This document shows, piece after piece, positions 10,501-22,336 of a stretch of DNA of 64,000 nucleotides. The notes beneath the pieces were generated by a model. The model was not told where the DNA came from, ran no database searches, and saw only the letters and a list, made by a program, of their open reading frames with translations. The translations under genes were made by a program, and so were the position numbers. This DNA comes from Aplysia californica (lineage: Eukaryota): contig NW_004797416.1 in assembly GCF_000002075.1 (NCBI RefSeq), positions 624,027 through 688,026 of the forward strand. Reading direction: 5' to 3'. Each line of letters begins with the position of its first letter. Position 1 is the stretch's first letter.

Positions 10501-13332
10501 ACCAGCATCCACCACAGCCTCGTAGGCACCCTCCAATGATAAACGGATGTTGGGATCAAGGAACTCGGCATTCTTAGGGGCAATGCCAAAGTAGTCGTTG
10601 TCAAAATATTCTGCATCATCTATGTACGCGTGCTGCTTTTGTGTGCCATACTTTTCTGAGGAAGGAAATCAGAATATATGTAAAGGGCTAAAGGGAAAAA
10701 CCGAGGGATATCACTTTCTGGCATTTTTAAGAAAAACAAAAATGAAATGCGTCTACTCCAGTGGTATTGAGCTACTCGTCAGGTTTTAGCCGTAGACACT
10801 TAGATGAGCCTAAAGAGGTGCGTAAACATTTTCCAAATCACGTCACAACTCAAATTATTTTGTTCCCTTCGAGTACATGTACTGGTTCTTTGATCTATTA
10901 AGAAGCTAAACTCTTTACCCTGATGGCCAGTGTGTCGGCCCTGCCAGCGTCAGTCTGTAAGTTCAATGCCAGTGGAGTGACTAGTCTAACAGTTGAACCT
11001 ATTCTGAAGACAACGTATATAAAATAATCCTATGTTCGAACGGCCATTTCCCACTTCCCTCTTTTTGGGGGGGAAAAGTAAATAATAATAATAATAATAG
11101 ATAGCATTTGTATAGCGCATATCCCCGCTCAGCAGCAGGCTCTATGCGCTTTACACTATATTATTACCCCAGCAGACCATAGAACACTCCGAAACATTCT
11201 CAGCTTCCCGAGAAGCATACAGTGCAAGCAGCCGATTAAGCGCTCAAACACTAACAAACTGACAAGATCTTTCGCTGTCTATAGCCGGGTACCCATTCCC
11301 ACCTGGGTGAAGTGAGGAAAATTCGTGTAAAGTGCCTTTCCCAAGGACACAACGTTGGGCCCTTGACGGGATTCGAACCCACGACCTTACGGTTGCGAGT
11401 CCGAGAGCCTAACCACTAGGCCACCGACGCCACCGTAGACAAGAACCATCTTACAGACTAAAAGTACGAGGATTATAAAGTCTCGAATACGTTGAACTCG
11501 CATCCTTCCATAGCACGTGTTCCTACAACAGCAGAAAACAAGCTTCAAAGATCGTGGTCTCCGTAACAGGCCAAACATTATATCCACATCTTTTGTTGTC
11601 ATTTCGCTACCCCAGAGTTTCTGGCCGTTTTGATTCACTAAGACCATGAGATCAGAAACCAAAATATGCTCTATCTGCCCTATGAAAATCGTGGGATTAT
11701 TATGAGTCGTCATCAAGACATTCAAATAATTGTATTTGAAAAAACTTGATAAGCTGTGAGACTCAAAGTTTGTTATGTCAAATTTCTCAAATCGAGGTAC
11801 TGAGCAGATGGAACTTTGAAAATCTAAGGTAGCGATTTGCTGTCTTTCATGTTCAATCTCAACGACACACTCCTTTTTGGACAATGGTTCTTTGTTACAT
11901 ACTTTACTGAGGATCAACTTCGCAACTCACCGATGTCAAATCTCATGGGTTTTGTTGTGAAGACCTCCTGTTTGTTCCAGAGCGCGTGTTTCACGTCAGT
12001 CAGGGTCCTTGCTTGACCAACTCGGCCAGCCATGCCCGTAACGCAGATGTCACCTAGAGAACAAAATCAGACACAGTAAATAAAAACTGTAGACTTGTGA
12101 GTCGATTTCCACACAATAAGTCAAACGCATCGAATACGTGTAGTCTTTAAAGATTTTTAAATTCCATCTTCTTCTTTCTCCACCTGCTTGTAATCATTTA
12201 TCCGGCATCCTTTCGTCTGCCCCCACCCCCTTTCCCCGTTTGCTTTCTCCATCACTTCCTTACTAATCTCCTTCTCAAACCTCCTTCCCCTTTCCTTTCC
12301 AGTCTTTTTCCTTCCACCCTTCCTTTTTTTCTCCCCCATCCCTCCCGCACAAATGCATAGTTGTTCGCCTTCTAGCGTTTAAGGTTTACCCTTCCACCCT
12401 CGAGTCCCCCCACTCTCTCTCTCTCTCTTNNNNNNNNNNNNNNNNNNNNNNNNNNNNNNNNNNNNNNNNNNNNNNNNNNNNNNNNNNNNNNNNNNNNNNN
12501 NNNNNNNNNNNNNNNNNNNNNNNNNNNNNNNNNNNNNNNNNNNNNNNNNNNNNNNNNNNNNNNNNNNNNNNNNNNNNNNNNNNNNNNNNNNNNNNNNNNN
12601 NNNNNNNNNNNNNNNNNNNNNNNNNNNNNNNNNNNNNNNNNNNNNNNNNNNNNNNNNNNNNNNNNNNNNNNNNNNNNNNNNNNNNNNNNNNNNNNNNNNN
12701 NNNNNNNNNNNNNNNNNNNNNNNNNNNNNNNNNNNNNNNNNNNNNNNNNNNNNNNNNNNNNNNNNNNNNNNNNNNNNNNNNNNNNNNNNNNNNNNNNNNN
12801 NNNNNNNNNNNNNNNNNNNNNNNNNNNNNNNNNNNNNNNNNNNNNNNNNNNNNNNNNNNNNNNNNNNNNNNNNNNNNNNNNNNNNNNNNNNNNNNNNNNN
12901 NNNNNNNNNNNNNNNNNNNNNNNNNNNNNNNNNNNNNNNNNNNNNNNNNNNNNNNNNNNNNNNNNNNNNNNNNNNNNNNNNNNNNNNNNNNNNNNNNNNN
13001 NNNNNNNNNNNNNNNNNNNNACGAAGACACACTCAGGCTATCATTGTCTGTCTGAACGTTTGCTTTGTTCTTTGGTATTTAGAATTCCTTAGACACTCTC
13101 CCTATTTACAAGCTTTAACTCTTAGTCTCTTGGTCTATTTAAACGTTCGCCTAGGTATTTAGCATATCTTAGATACTCTCATCTCACCCACCCCCTTCCC
13201 TCCGGAAAATATCCCCAGCCTTTTTTAATGTTCACCTTGATATTTAGCATATTTGAGACACTCGGGCAGGTCCGAATTGGTGCCATTGATGGTCGGCGAC
13301 GTGTTGCTGTTTGAGTCAGCGTAGGCTGGCAT
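3028..13332 (-). CDS. Gene B: paralogous FAS-like polyketide synthase, 12 coding exons (KS + start of AT), 3'-partial
   Basis: ATG at 13332 with in-frame upstream TGA; 12 phase-consistent GT-AG exons, 1674 nt. Motifs DTACSG, HGTGT, KTNVGH, GMGCQW. Eight exons have the same length as their gene A counterparts. Confidence 0.92.
4069..4199 (-). CDS. Gene B exon 11, linker (YRGFTLLN)
   Basis: 131 nt as in gene A. Confidence 0.92.
5027..5130 (-). CDS. Gene B exon 10, KS-AT linker ([13 protein letters not shown])
   Basis: 104 nt as in gene A. Confidence 0.92.
5250..5710. repeat. Degenerate tandem copies of the gene B exon 9 donor region
   Basis: Repeated tcacttaNttgagcaca...gagttgg. Confidence 0.75.
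5688..5892 (-). CDS. Gene B exon 9, KS end ([15 protein letters not shown])
   Basis: 205 nt as in gene A. Confidence 0.94.
6518..6671 (-). CDS. Gene B exon 8, KS His residues (VECHGTGT...KTNVGHAE)
   Basis: Catalytic motifs; 154 nt as in gene A. Confidence 0.95.
6905..7170. repeat. ~30 bp minisatellite (~8-9 units) resembling the start of gene B exon 8
   Basis: Unit gtgagagtgacattctgcatacttcaccaa. Confidence 0.8.
7595..7674 (-). CDS. Gene B exon 7, KS ([10 protein letters not shown]...GIDPQV)
   Basis: 80 nt as in gene A. Confidence 0.92.
8323..8448 (-). CDS. Gene B exon 6, KS ([11 protein letters not shown])
   Basis: 126 nt as in gene A. Confidence 0.93.
9149..9349 (-). CDS. Gene B exon 5, KS catalytic Cys ([12 protein letters not shown])
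   Basis: Active-site motif; 201 nt as in gene A. Confidence 0.95.
10066..10245 (-). CDS. Gene B exon 4, KS (RGTNTGVYV...[11 protein letters not shown])
   Basis: KS motif; GT-AG. Confidence 0.92.
10503..10655 (-). CDS. Gene B exon 3, KS ([22 protein letters not shown]...DAG)
   Basis: FD..FGI...DP..R motif; GT-AG. Confidence 0.92.
11080..11434 (-). mobile_element. tRNA-derived SINE, family 1, full length
   Basis: A box TGGCCTAGTGG, B box GGTTCGAATCCC, core CCCAGGTGGGAATGGGTACC, (TTA)n tail; near-identical copy at 40553-40915. Confidence 0.9.
11931..12053 (-). CDS. Gene B exon 2, KS start ([13 protein letters not shown]...)
   Basis: tag|GT...G|gtgagt; KS N-terminal motif. Confidence 0.9.
13236..13332 (-). 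CDS. Gene B exon 1 (N-terminal extension [11 protein letters not shown]...KYAKYQ)
   Basis: Polypyrimidine/cag acceptor near 13362, ATG, donor G|gtgaac whose phase fits exon 2. Confidence 0.7.
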
Positions 13333-13459
13333 GTTGTTCACTCAGGGAGGATCCGCTCAATACCTGGGGGCTGGAGGAGGGGTAGAGGGGGGGTGGGGTG
13401 GGGGGAGATGTTTCGTGTTATCATTGGGTCTGCTGTTCGTGCTGCTGCTGCTGCTGCTT

Positions 13460-13503
<44 letters not shown>

Positions 13504-13742
13504 AATCACTTTCCTGGGGACGCACATACTATTTTAGAATGTCATAAAACTTCAAAATTACCAAGTCTCCATCCCCTTTTTTATTTTTCTTATGGTCCTT
13601 ATTGTGATAATGATGGTGATGATTTCGTTTCCTTCATGGGCCTGGCGGACTCCACGAAGAAATCTTCGAGCGAGAGCGAGGCTCTTTTTCGACTCCATTG
13701 TCAACAATATGCTTAGCGGCACCTCCACTCGTCCAAATAACT

Positions 13743-13792
<50 letters not shown>

Positions 13793-14509
13793 GTAAGATG
13801 ACATTAAAATAAATGTATTTTAAACCAGATTCCTATGCGGTCAAATTAGGGGGATTGAATTCCACACTGAAAAAGGCGAAAAAGCCCTTCCTCAATGTAT
13901 TATTTTGTTACAAGGCAGTCTTAAATTGTTTTAATTAATGGATCAACAATTTAGAGATGGAATGTACTAATGTAGTAAATTGGAAAGACTTTGTGGTGTC
14001 AGGTCGTTCAAACACTTACTTATAGTACCGGGTGTCTAAAAAAGAGGACTCATTTAATGGCAATACCTCGGTCATCATTTGACCAATTTTAACGAAACTT
14101 TGAGAAAATAAACTTCAGCCTGGGGGGACATTACACATAGTAATAAAAATATCGATCACTACACTCAATAAGTATCCAGTTTTGAACTTATAACCAAAAT
14201 TTTGTAAAATGCAAAACTTTGCAGAATCATACAAATCTACTATACGGTTTCAAACAGTCACTATTTTTGCATTGAAGAACAATTAATTCATACAAAAATT
14301 ATGTTGCCAAATATACTCAGACAAGTGATTGCTATTTAAATCTCCAAGTGTTGACCATTTTTCTCCATATAAGCTTGAACGATCAAATGGAAATTTTGAA
14401 CTGCCCCGTGGCATGTTTTCGGTCAATTCTCTAGACATCCTGATCAACATTGAGTTTCAACTGTTCGATCGTTTGTGGCTTGTTTCCGTAGACTGTCAAA
14501 AACCCCAAT

Positions 14510-15170
14510 ATGGGCTTTAATATGGAGCCAAACTAGATGTTAAAAGGAATGATATTTGTGTTTTCATAGAGGTTTTTAAAACACATCTTGCAGCTTGGTT
14601 GCGAAGTCTTCACAATCTATTCATTAATTATGTTGGTATGTTAAAAAGGAGTCGGTTGTAACAGTCAGTATGAGATAAGACAGATGATGATATCTGTGTC
14701 TCCAGAGATGTCTCGCTTATAAATGTGCCATTTGTGCAATTCTTCGGATCTCTAAATCTGAAATAGAGTGAAGTAATAGATACATTTTGGATTTTTTAGT
14801 TCACGGGCAATTTGTTCTAGTTTTGGCCTTTGCTTTAAAAATCACTTTCCCATTTCCAACAACAAGATGATCTGTCCCGTAAATTGTGTCACCCAAGACT
14901 TTAAGTTACTTAAAATTATTTCGGTCTTATCGACGTTCAACCTCAGCCCTGTTGGATGTTATTCAGATCTTAACTTTTTTCTACACATTTTGTTATGCTT
15001 TGAGCCATTAAATGCATATTTCCTGGCCCTGGGGACGTGTACAACTGTATGTCGTCTCCGAACGATCGCAGGAATTATTATGATAGATTTAAGTAGTGTT
15101 GTGTACAAAGTGTATAACAGTGGTCCCAACACAGAGCCGTGTGGTGCCCCTCAGTTTAATCTGTTGTCAG
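14510..15170 (-). mobile_element. L2/CR1-type LINE reverse-transcriptase fragment (degenerate)
   Basis: Remnants GAPHGSVLGPLLY, DD.QLY, LN.DKTE, N.AAR. Confidence 0.7.
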
Positions 15171-15509
15171 CTCCAGTTCTTCCTATTTTATTGTGTTTCT
15201 TTGTTTGTTTGTTTGGCGTTGATTTTGTTGTTTTTGTTGTTTTTGTTGTTTTAGGTTGGTTTTTCTTCGCACCATCGAACATAATAGAACTTCATTAAAT
15301 CAGTGAACTCTTTTGTAGCAAGCACTCAAATACATAATACATGTGTGTCTATCTGTCCGTCTCCTCCCTTCCTCCCCCCACCCCCACCTCTCTCTTTCTC
15401 TCTCTCTCTNNNNNNNNNNNNNNNNNNNNNNNNNNNNNNNNNNNNNNNNNNNNNNNNNNNNNNNNNNNNNNNNNNNNNNNNNNNNNNNNNNNNNNNNNNN
15501 NNNNNNNNN

Positions 15510-15576
<67 letters not shown>

Positions 15577-17034
15577 ATCTCTCAATCTCTCTCTATCTGG
15601 CTGTCTGTCCTTCTGACAAGCAGGGTCGAGGCCGCCTCCAACTTTATCTAAATTCTCGATGTGGCCGTTACATATCCGCATTTAAAAATTGAAAATTAAA
15701 TTATATACCTACATAGATACCTTTTTACAGTTGGCATTAGTATTATCATAACATACACAGTGAAGTCTGCGTTGTGCCACGGTTTCTCAGAATGATTCCA
15801 GTAAACGAAAATTAATTTTAAAAATAAATAAAGCACCCGCCCGTTACCACAGCATTGTAAACCAAAATAGGTGTTATGGCACTCAATGTGAATGGGAAAG
15901 GGAACACTTCAACATAATATTCAATATTCATTTAGTTAGAAAATGCTCTCTGCATAACTTTGCAACGTTTATACGAGTACAAATATTTAGATACCTTACG
16001 TCATAAGTCATGATTTGACAAGTGGTGTATCTGTGGGATTTCTTCTCTTGATCTCTTTGAAAATGGTTTGCCTTTTTCATAATATTATTCTTGGATTACG
16101 CTTAAACTTCTCAAAATGTTTGCTTTTTTCATTTTATCAAGACAAAGCAGCTAAGTCGGTGATTGCGTTTAACGTACTGGAACAAAAAATAGAATACGTT
16201 GTTAGAAGTATTGATATAAAGTTTGATATTAAATTGTAATTGTTGATTGAATTATCCTAGCAGATATCTTTAATCTGTTTTTTTAAAGAAAAGTTGATGA
16301 TTTTTATTTTGTTCATTAAATTGTTTGAGATGATGATATTCTACTAGGTGATGCAAATATTCGAGAATGGTGTTCATATCGCTAGAGATAATGGTCGAGG
16401 ATGTACTTATCCAAGATGGTAAAAATAGTCGATGATGTTTATTTAATATGGTGATGTAAATAGTAGGTAATTGTGTTTAAGATGTTTTCCAACAAATGTC
16501 AGTAACGACATATCGTGCATTGGCGTAATTGTGTGTGTGCCTGGACAAAGGTCCCAGTTGTCGGCACAACTATGTTTGAGCAACAGCGTGAAAAGGCCAA
16601 AAAAAGTCGTACCTGGTCAAAGATTTAGTCCCATCAGAAAATACACGTTTAATCATTTCTTAATAACATATTGAAAGGATTTTTTAAAAATAGATATTTT
16701 TGCATGTTGTCTTTGACAAAGGTAGAAATGTGCTTGAAATTGGGGTTTTCTCCAAACTTTGTTTTTACACCCAGTGTAACAAAATATAGCATAATATGTT
16801 TAAAACTACTCACAATATTTTCATACAATAAAACGTCAGAGTGTTTAGCATTGAATTCGCTAAAAGAATATTATGTCCGTATTACAATATCCGAAATTTC
16901 TGACATCTGAGACCTTTCTACAGGCACACACGGAAATAGTAGATGATAACGTGACAATAGTCTTTGTGCTGGTGTAAAGAGTCGGGGGTGATGCTCACAG
17001 TTTGTTATGAATATCCTGCACACTCGTACTCCAA

Positions 17035-17620
17035 AGCCGTATGTGGTGTAACGGTTCGGCACTTCGCTGTCGGACGCAGGAGACCCGAGGTCGGTTCCTG
17101 ATTTGGCGGGAAAATTTTATCGTGGTCGAGAGGTACGGTCTTCGCCTCTCATTCAATAGGTCTGGGTTTAAAACCTGACAGCTACGGAAAATCTTTTAGC
17201 TCTAAAATTTTCTCCTGCCACCTCCTTCCCTGCTCTATAATCATGGTCTGTCGTCTGCTTTCGTCTCCAATTTCTGCCCCCCCCCCTCCTTTTTGCCCCC
17301 TCCTCTGGGCTTTTTTCAGCTGCTGCCTACCGCTACACTTCCCGCTCCCTCTTACTGCTTTCTTTCGGCCACACCCCTGATCTTAGAGTAGGTGAGATCG
17401 AACAACTAGCCTTCTCGGAAAAGGGCGAAAAAATCTCGTAGGTCGCGTTTACAAGTTGTGCGCGTTAAAGATCCCTGCGTTATCTTGAAATTGATATGAG
17501 TAGGCTTTCGCCGCCAAGGGGGCAAAAATTCAAAATTGAATTATCCTACCTAACTGTAAATATCTTATGTGTCCCGTGCGCTCATAGGACCTAATGCAGT
17601 TGTGAGCGCCGTAAAACACG
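17035..17620 (+). mobile_element. Long tRNA-headed SINE, family 3 (related copies ~21450-21660 + and ~61940-62420 -)
   Basis: tRNA-like head; shared CACCCC.GATCTTAG.GTAGGT and CGTTAAAGATCC segments. Confidence 0.6.
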
Positions 17621-18172
17621 TACCAAAAGAAAAGAAAAGAAAAGAAAATGGGGCGTGCCAAGAAACCATTAAAAAAAGACGAAGAATACTCCAAGAGTAT
17701 TGCAAACATTATTCCTATACCTGTATCAAATGATTTAGTATAAACAATAGACCCTCCAAAACTCAAAATTTGTGCCATTTTCATAATACCAAAAATGAAA
17801 CTTGTTATTTAACTTTTTTGCAACCTAAGTTTCATTTGTATTAAATATTTATCATATTGTAAAAAAATCAACAAACATTATTATAATTACTGCATTATTA
17901 TGTTGCATTATGATTCGGAGAACCCAGGTCAAATTCCCAGTGGGACCCAGTTGGCTCTGTTCTGTCGGAGAGGGACTTGAGATCGGAGTTTTCGCCACTT
18001 GTAATAACATTGAAGAGGGCTGTGTAAATCCATACTTCAAGCTACGGTGAAGGATATTCTTGTTAACTTTGCGGGTCGCAGGGGTTTGTTTTCGGAGTAA
18101 TAACTTCTTAACCCCATGTCTCTCCCAGCAACAACAGGTTTTTTTTCTTTCTTTGGGGATGCTGTGCTGGAC

Positions 18173-18235
<63 letters not shown>

Positions 18236-18252
18236 CAGATAGATAGATAGAT
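18173..18252. repeat. (GATA)n microsatellite
   Basis: Direct observation. Confidence 0.95.
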
Positions 18253-18404
18253 CAAGTTAACAAAATCTTAGCTTCTGCGGTGAAATCTAGAAATTAGAGT
18301 CGGTTGCAGCAACTCGTGAATCTCACCGAAACGACGCACTAACTTTTCGCCACTAAGTTTCACTCCTAAATGTAAAAAAATATATATTGAAATGTGAAGC
18401 TTAC

Positions 18405-18605
18405 CTGCTACAAATTCTCAGAATACTTCCGAAGTCAAACGAAACAAATAAAATAACCAGGATCAAAAGTTACTCCGGTGTGCTGCCTGGTGACTATTCT
18501 ATTGCCAAAGGTATTTGTCCAGTGATAGGCCTTTGGGTATTCCCTGATTTCCCTTGTGGCTCTGTGAGCACCACGGCTGTCCAGAAAGATGGTCTGAGGA
18601 CATAC
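18405..18605 (-). other. Candidate non-coding first exon of gene B
   Basis: Lies between the TATA-predicted start and donor CAG|gtaagc at 18405; an acceptor is available at about 13362 before the ATG. Confidence 0.45.
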
Positions 18606-18690
18606 GACCCACCACTGTTCTTTTGCCCTCTTTTATATGAGCCCTCAAGTCACGCGCCTCAGTAAGACCAATCTCTGGCTGTCCACGTGC
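18600..18690 (-). promoter_or_regulatory. Candidate core promoter of gene B (E-box CACGTG, inverted CCAAT, TATAAAAG)
   Basis: TATAAAA at 18637-18631, CCAAT at 18668-18672, CACGTG at 18684-18689; strong donor CAG|gtaagc about 200 nt downstream. Confidence 0.5.
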
Positions 18691-19109
18691 AAACCATTCA
18701 TTTGCACTTGTGGTCAATGCGTGTATTATTCAAATTTCATATTCACCATTCACTTTGCTTTATGTGTTCATTAACATTTTAACTGGTAGCCAGCGACATC
18801 TTGTCAGCTAAACAATCAGTAGACAACGTCAAATTATTCCATGTACATAACTCACTTGTGTCAGTTCTCAATCGTTGCGTATTCTGCTTGGCCATTCCCT
18901 CCGTCACCCCTCTGTCTATGGGCGAAACTCTAGCCATCGTAATCACCAGTAGCGCCAATAACACCACCCAGTATACGTAATTAATTCAACGTGAAAGCAC
19001 TATTGTGAGACCTCTGCATGGTTTTGCTTAACTAGCGTTGCGTTAAAAATTTTTGCAGGATCAACATTTGTGTTGTCCATCAACAGGATAGTATTAGGTT
19101 TTTGACCAA

Positions 19110-19635
19110 GGACAAAACTTTAATTACATCAAAGTAATCACAGGGCCCGCATCGGAAAGGCAGAGGCTGCGTTCATATTTTTAATAGGATTTGGAGGACC
19201 AGTCATATCTCACTTCGAACAAATCTGGGCATTTTCATCTCAAATGGGAAGTCAGTCTTGTTGTATGGATGTGAAACATGAAACGCATCTCAGACTGGCT
19301 TAAAAAGTGTCCAGGTTTTCTTGAACAAGGTGTCTAAGGAAGATACTGAGGATCAAATGGACAGACAAGGAGGAAGTGTTAAGGAGAAAAAGACAGAACC
19401 CGGTCAGAGATGAATTGGAAAGAAGGCGGTGGTGATTGATTGGACATACTCTCAGGAAGTCAGGCAGCTGCTTAACAAGGGAAGTGTTGGATTGGAATCC
19501 ACAGGGTAAAAGATAATGGTTAAGACCACGTGGAACCTGGAAAGAGTCACAGAAAGTGATGCACAGAAAAGTGGCTAGACATGGAATAACACCTAGAGGT
19601 ATCCCAGGATAGGGAAAGGTGGAAAACATTTGTTC
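19110..19635 (+). mobile_element. RTE-clade LINE 3' fragment (degenerate)
   Basis: Remnants SVLLYGCET, CLRKILRIKW, IGHTLR, LDWNPQG with stops and frameshifts. Confidence 0.75.
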
Positions 19636-21179
19636 TTGGCCTATACCCTGATCCGGCAAATATAGGTAAAATACCCCCCCCCCCCTTCTCAGAAGGAAAC
19701 ATCGTTGGACCAAGCTGAGGCTCGAACTCCCGAACCCACAACCTCACGATTACGAGTCCACCGTGATCCGAGGTGAGAAAGGCAATGATAATGTTGATGA
19801 ATCTCAAGACAAGCACTTCACTCTGATGCATACACTACCGTATAACACAGACTGAAGTATACAAATCTCAGTTAACTAATTTTGTTGGAGAGCGTAATTA
19901 TGGAAAAAATGCATCGTCATTTTGGAGTTGAAACCGCGACAAATAAAGAGAGAACTAATTCTATGTTGGAATGTCATCATTAGTTATGATAATTTTTTTA
20001 AAGACTACGATATTGAATAGAGAGGAAAGATACAAGCAAACTTTACAAGGAGTCATGCGCATTGATATTTTATAGATCAATACATACATGCACTCACTAC
20101 TCTGACAAACATCGTTTCTGTGACTGTTTGTCATGGGAAAGGCCATTTACTCGATTTTTTCCACAATTCTTCCAATTGTGAATGGATACCCCGTAAAAGA
20201 CAGCAAAATAAGATCTTATCAGTATGTTAGTGTTTAAGCGACTGTTAAGTGGCAGCTTGCACTGTATGCTTCCCAGGAAGCTGAGATTATTTCAAAATGC
20301 TGGGGTAATAATAGATTCTGAATCACACAGAGCTTGCTGTTGNNNNNNNNNNNNNNNNNNNNNNNNNNNNNNNNNNNNNNNNNNNNNNNNNNNNNNNNNN
20401 NNNNNNNNNNNNNNNNNNNNNNNNNNNNNNNNNNNNNNNNNNNNNNNNNNNNNNNNNNNNNNNNNNNNNNNNNNNNNNNNNNNNNNNNNNNNNNNNNNNN
20501 NNNNNNNNNNNNNNNNNNNNNNNNNNNNNNNNNNNNNNNNNNNNNNNNNNNNNNNNNNNNNNNNNNNNNNNNNNNNNNNNNNNNNNNNNNNNNNNNNNNN
20601 NNNNNNNNNNNNNNNNNNNNNNNNNNNNNNNNNNNNNNNNNNNNNNNNNNNNNNNNNNNNNNNNNNNNNNNNNNNNNNNNNNNNNNNNNNATTTACGACA
20701 TTGTACTTGTTTTATGGCCTCTTAGATATGATTTTGATTTTTTAGGAGGCAGCCTGCTTCAAACCTGCTTGTCAGGGCTTACCCGATCTGAGGGATACAA
20801 CACCCAAAGGAGACAAACGGCGATAGGAGGCAGGCTGCTTCAAACCTGCCTGTCAGGGCTTACCCGATCTGAGAGGGATACAACACCCAAGGGAGACAAA
20901 CGGCAATAGCTTACTCAATAACAAATATCTCTCGATACGGGAATCGACTCATGTCTTCTGCTTTCAACGGCGAAGCGNNNNNNNNNNNNNNNNNNNNNNN
21001 NNNNNNNNNNNNNNNNNNNNNNNNNNNNNNNNNNNNNNNNNNNNNNNNNNNNNNNNNNNNNNNNNNNNNNNNNNNNNNNNNNNNNNNNNNNNNNNNNNNN
21101 NNNNNNNNNNCAATGGGGTCTGCATTTCAAGACTGCCGAATAAACCTCGAAAACGTAGTCAGAAGAATGGAGGTCGACT

Positions 21180-21340
21180 GTGGGTGGTTGACGTGTGCTC
21201 TAGTGTGGTTGGCTCATTCTTCCTATCAAACATCTCTTGTCCTTATCCCTTCTTATTTTCTGTGTTTGTTACTCTATTAATTTGGCGCTTATATGGCTTA
21301 TTCATTTTGTAAGGGCCGTAAAATCTTACAAAAACTAAAA
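21180..21340 (+). repeat. Dispersed repeat, probable retroelement 3' tail (copies ~55250-55420, partial 60455-60510)
   Basis: Shared TTCCTATCAAACATCT and GCCGTAAAA...AAAACT. Confidence 0.6.
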
Positions 21341-22293
21341 GGTCAACTCCCTGGAATGCACACTTCCCCATTAATTACGGCTCAACCACACCAAGACAAC
21401 GTGTAGCATTAGCGACTTTAACGTGAATATTGCCACTGTTACTCCTGTCTACTTCTTACTGCTATCTTTCAGCAACACCCCTGGTTTTAGGGTAGGTAAG
21501 GTGGATCCCCTCGCCCTCTCTTTAAGCGCAAAAATTATTGAGGGTTCCGAGCGCAAATTGCTCTCGTTAAAGATCCTTTGGTGTTTCTAAAATCAATAAA
21601 AGTTTGCTTTGACCGCCACCCGATCACAATTCAAAATAAATTCCTACCAAAATTGAAAATGCCGTGGTCAGTATAAACAGTATGGAGTACCTTCGAAGTA
21701 GGAATGTGGCCTCCGGAAGGCAAGGGGCCCTACACTGTAATAACTAAGGGTCACATACGTAAAAATCAATTTCGTTGCAGGTTGAAAAATCAGCAGTTGA
21801 GTACGCCTAAGATCTAGCTGGGGAACACAAAGAAGAAGATCTCATAACCCCATCTCGGTCTCCAGACTCCGTCTCTACTGATCAAATATGTTTTACACAT
21901 TTCAACAACAGCAAATAAATACATAAAAAAGAAACGAAAAAAACCCCAACCTAGCAAGCATCTTGATTTCAAGTAAGCATCCTGACTTCGAGCATTAGCT
22001 GCACGTCTTTATATTATGAACTCAAGAGACAAAAGTAACGCACTGGGAAGAGGGTATCACTCGAACGTGAAAAAGAGACCTTACAATTCACAAAACCAGG
22101 CCACACAAAGGTCTTGAGCCCGATTAAGGTCATCAGGGTTGTTAATAAATTTGAAACTACTTTGTTCTTTATACGCAAGTATGTATAATCATTACAGTGT
22201 AGACTCAGTGTTCAGTTACTGTGCAGGGAATATCTAATTATGTCGTAATCAAACCTGCATGTTTTCATGTGAGCATCTGTAAGGGAAAAGTGT

Positions 22294-22336
<43 letters not shown>

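Noticed and set aside
11360-11434. tRNA-like sequences (also ~26505, 40840, 44745, 62350)
   Set aside because: They are SINE heads attached to repeat bodies, not standalone tRNA genes.
11387-11917. 176 aa ORF with similarity to ORFs at 144 and 59527
   Set aside because: The similarity comes from a dispersed non-coding repeat; frames are not conserved among copies.
14025-14510. Mariner-like transposon remnant (taccgggtgtc terminus)
   Set aside because: No second terminal repeat or convincing transposase frame could be confirmed by eye.
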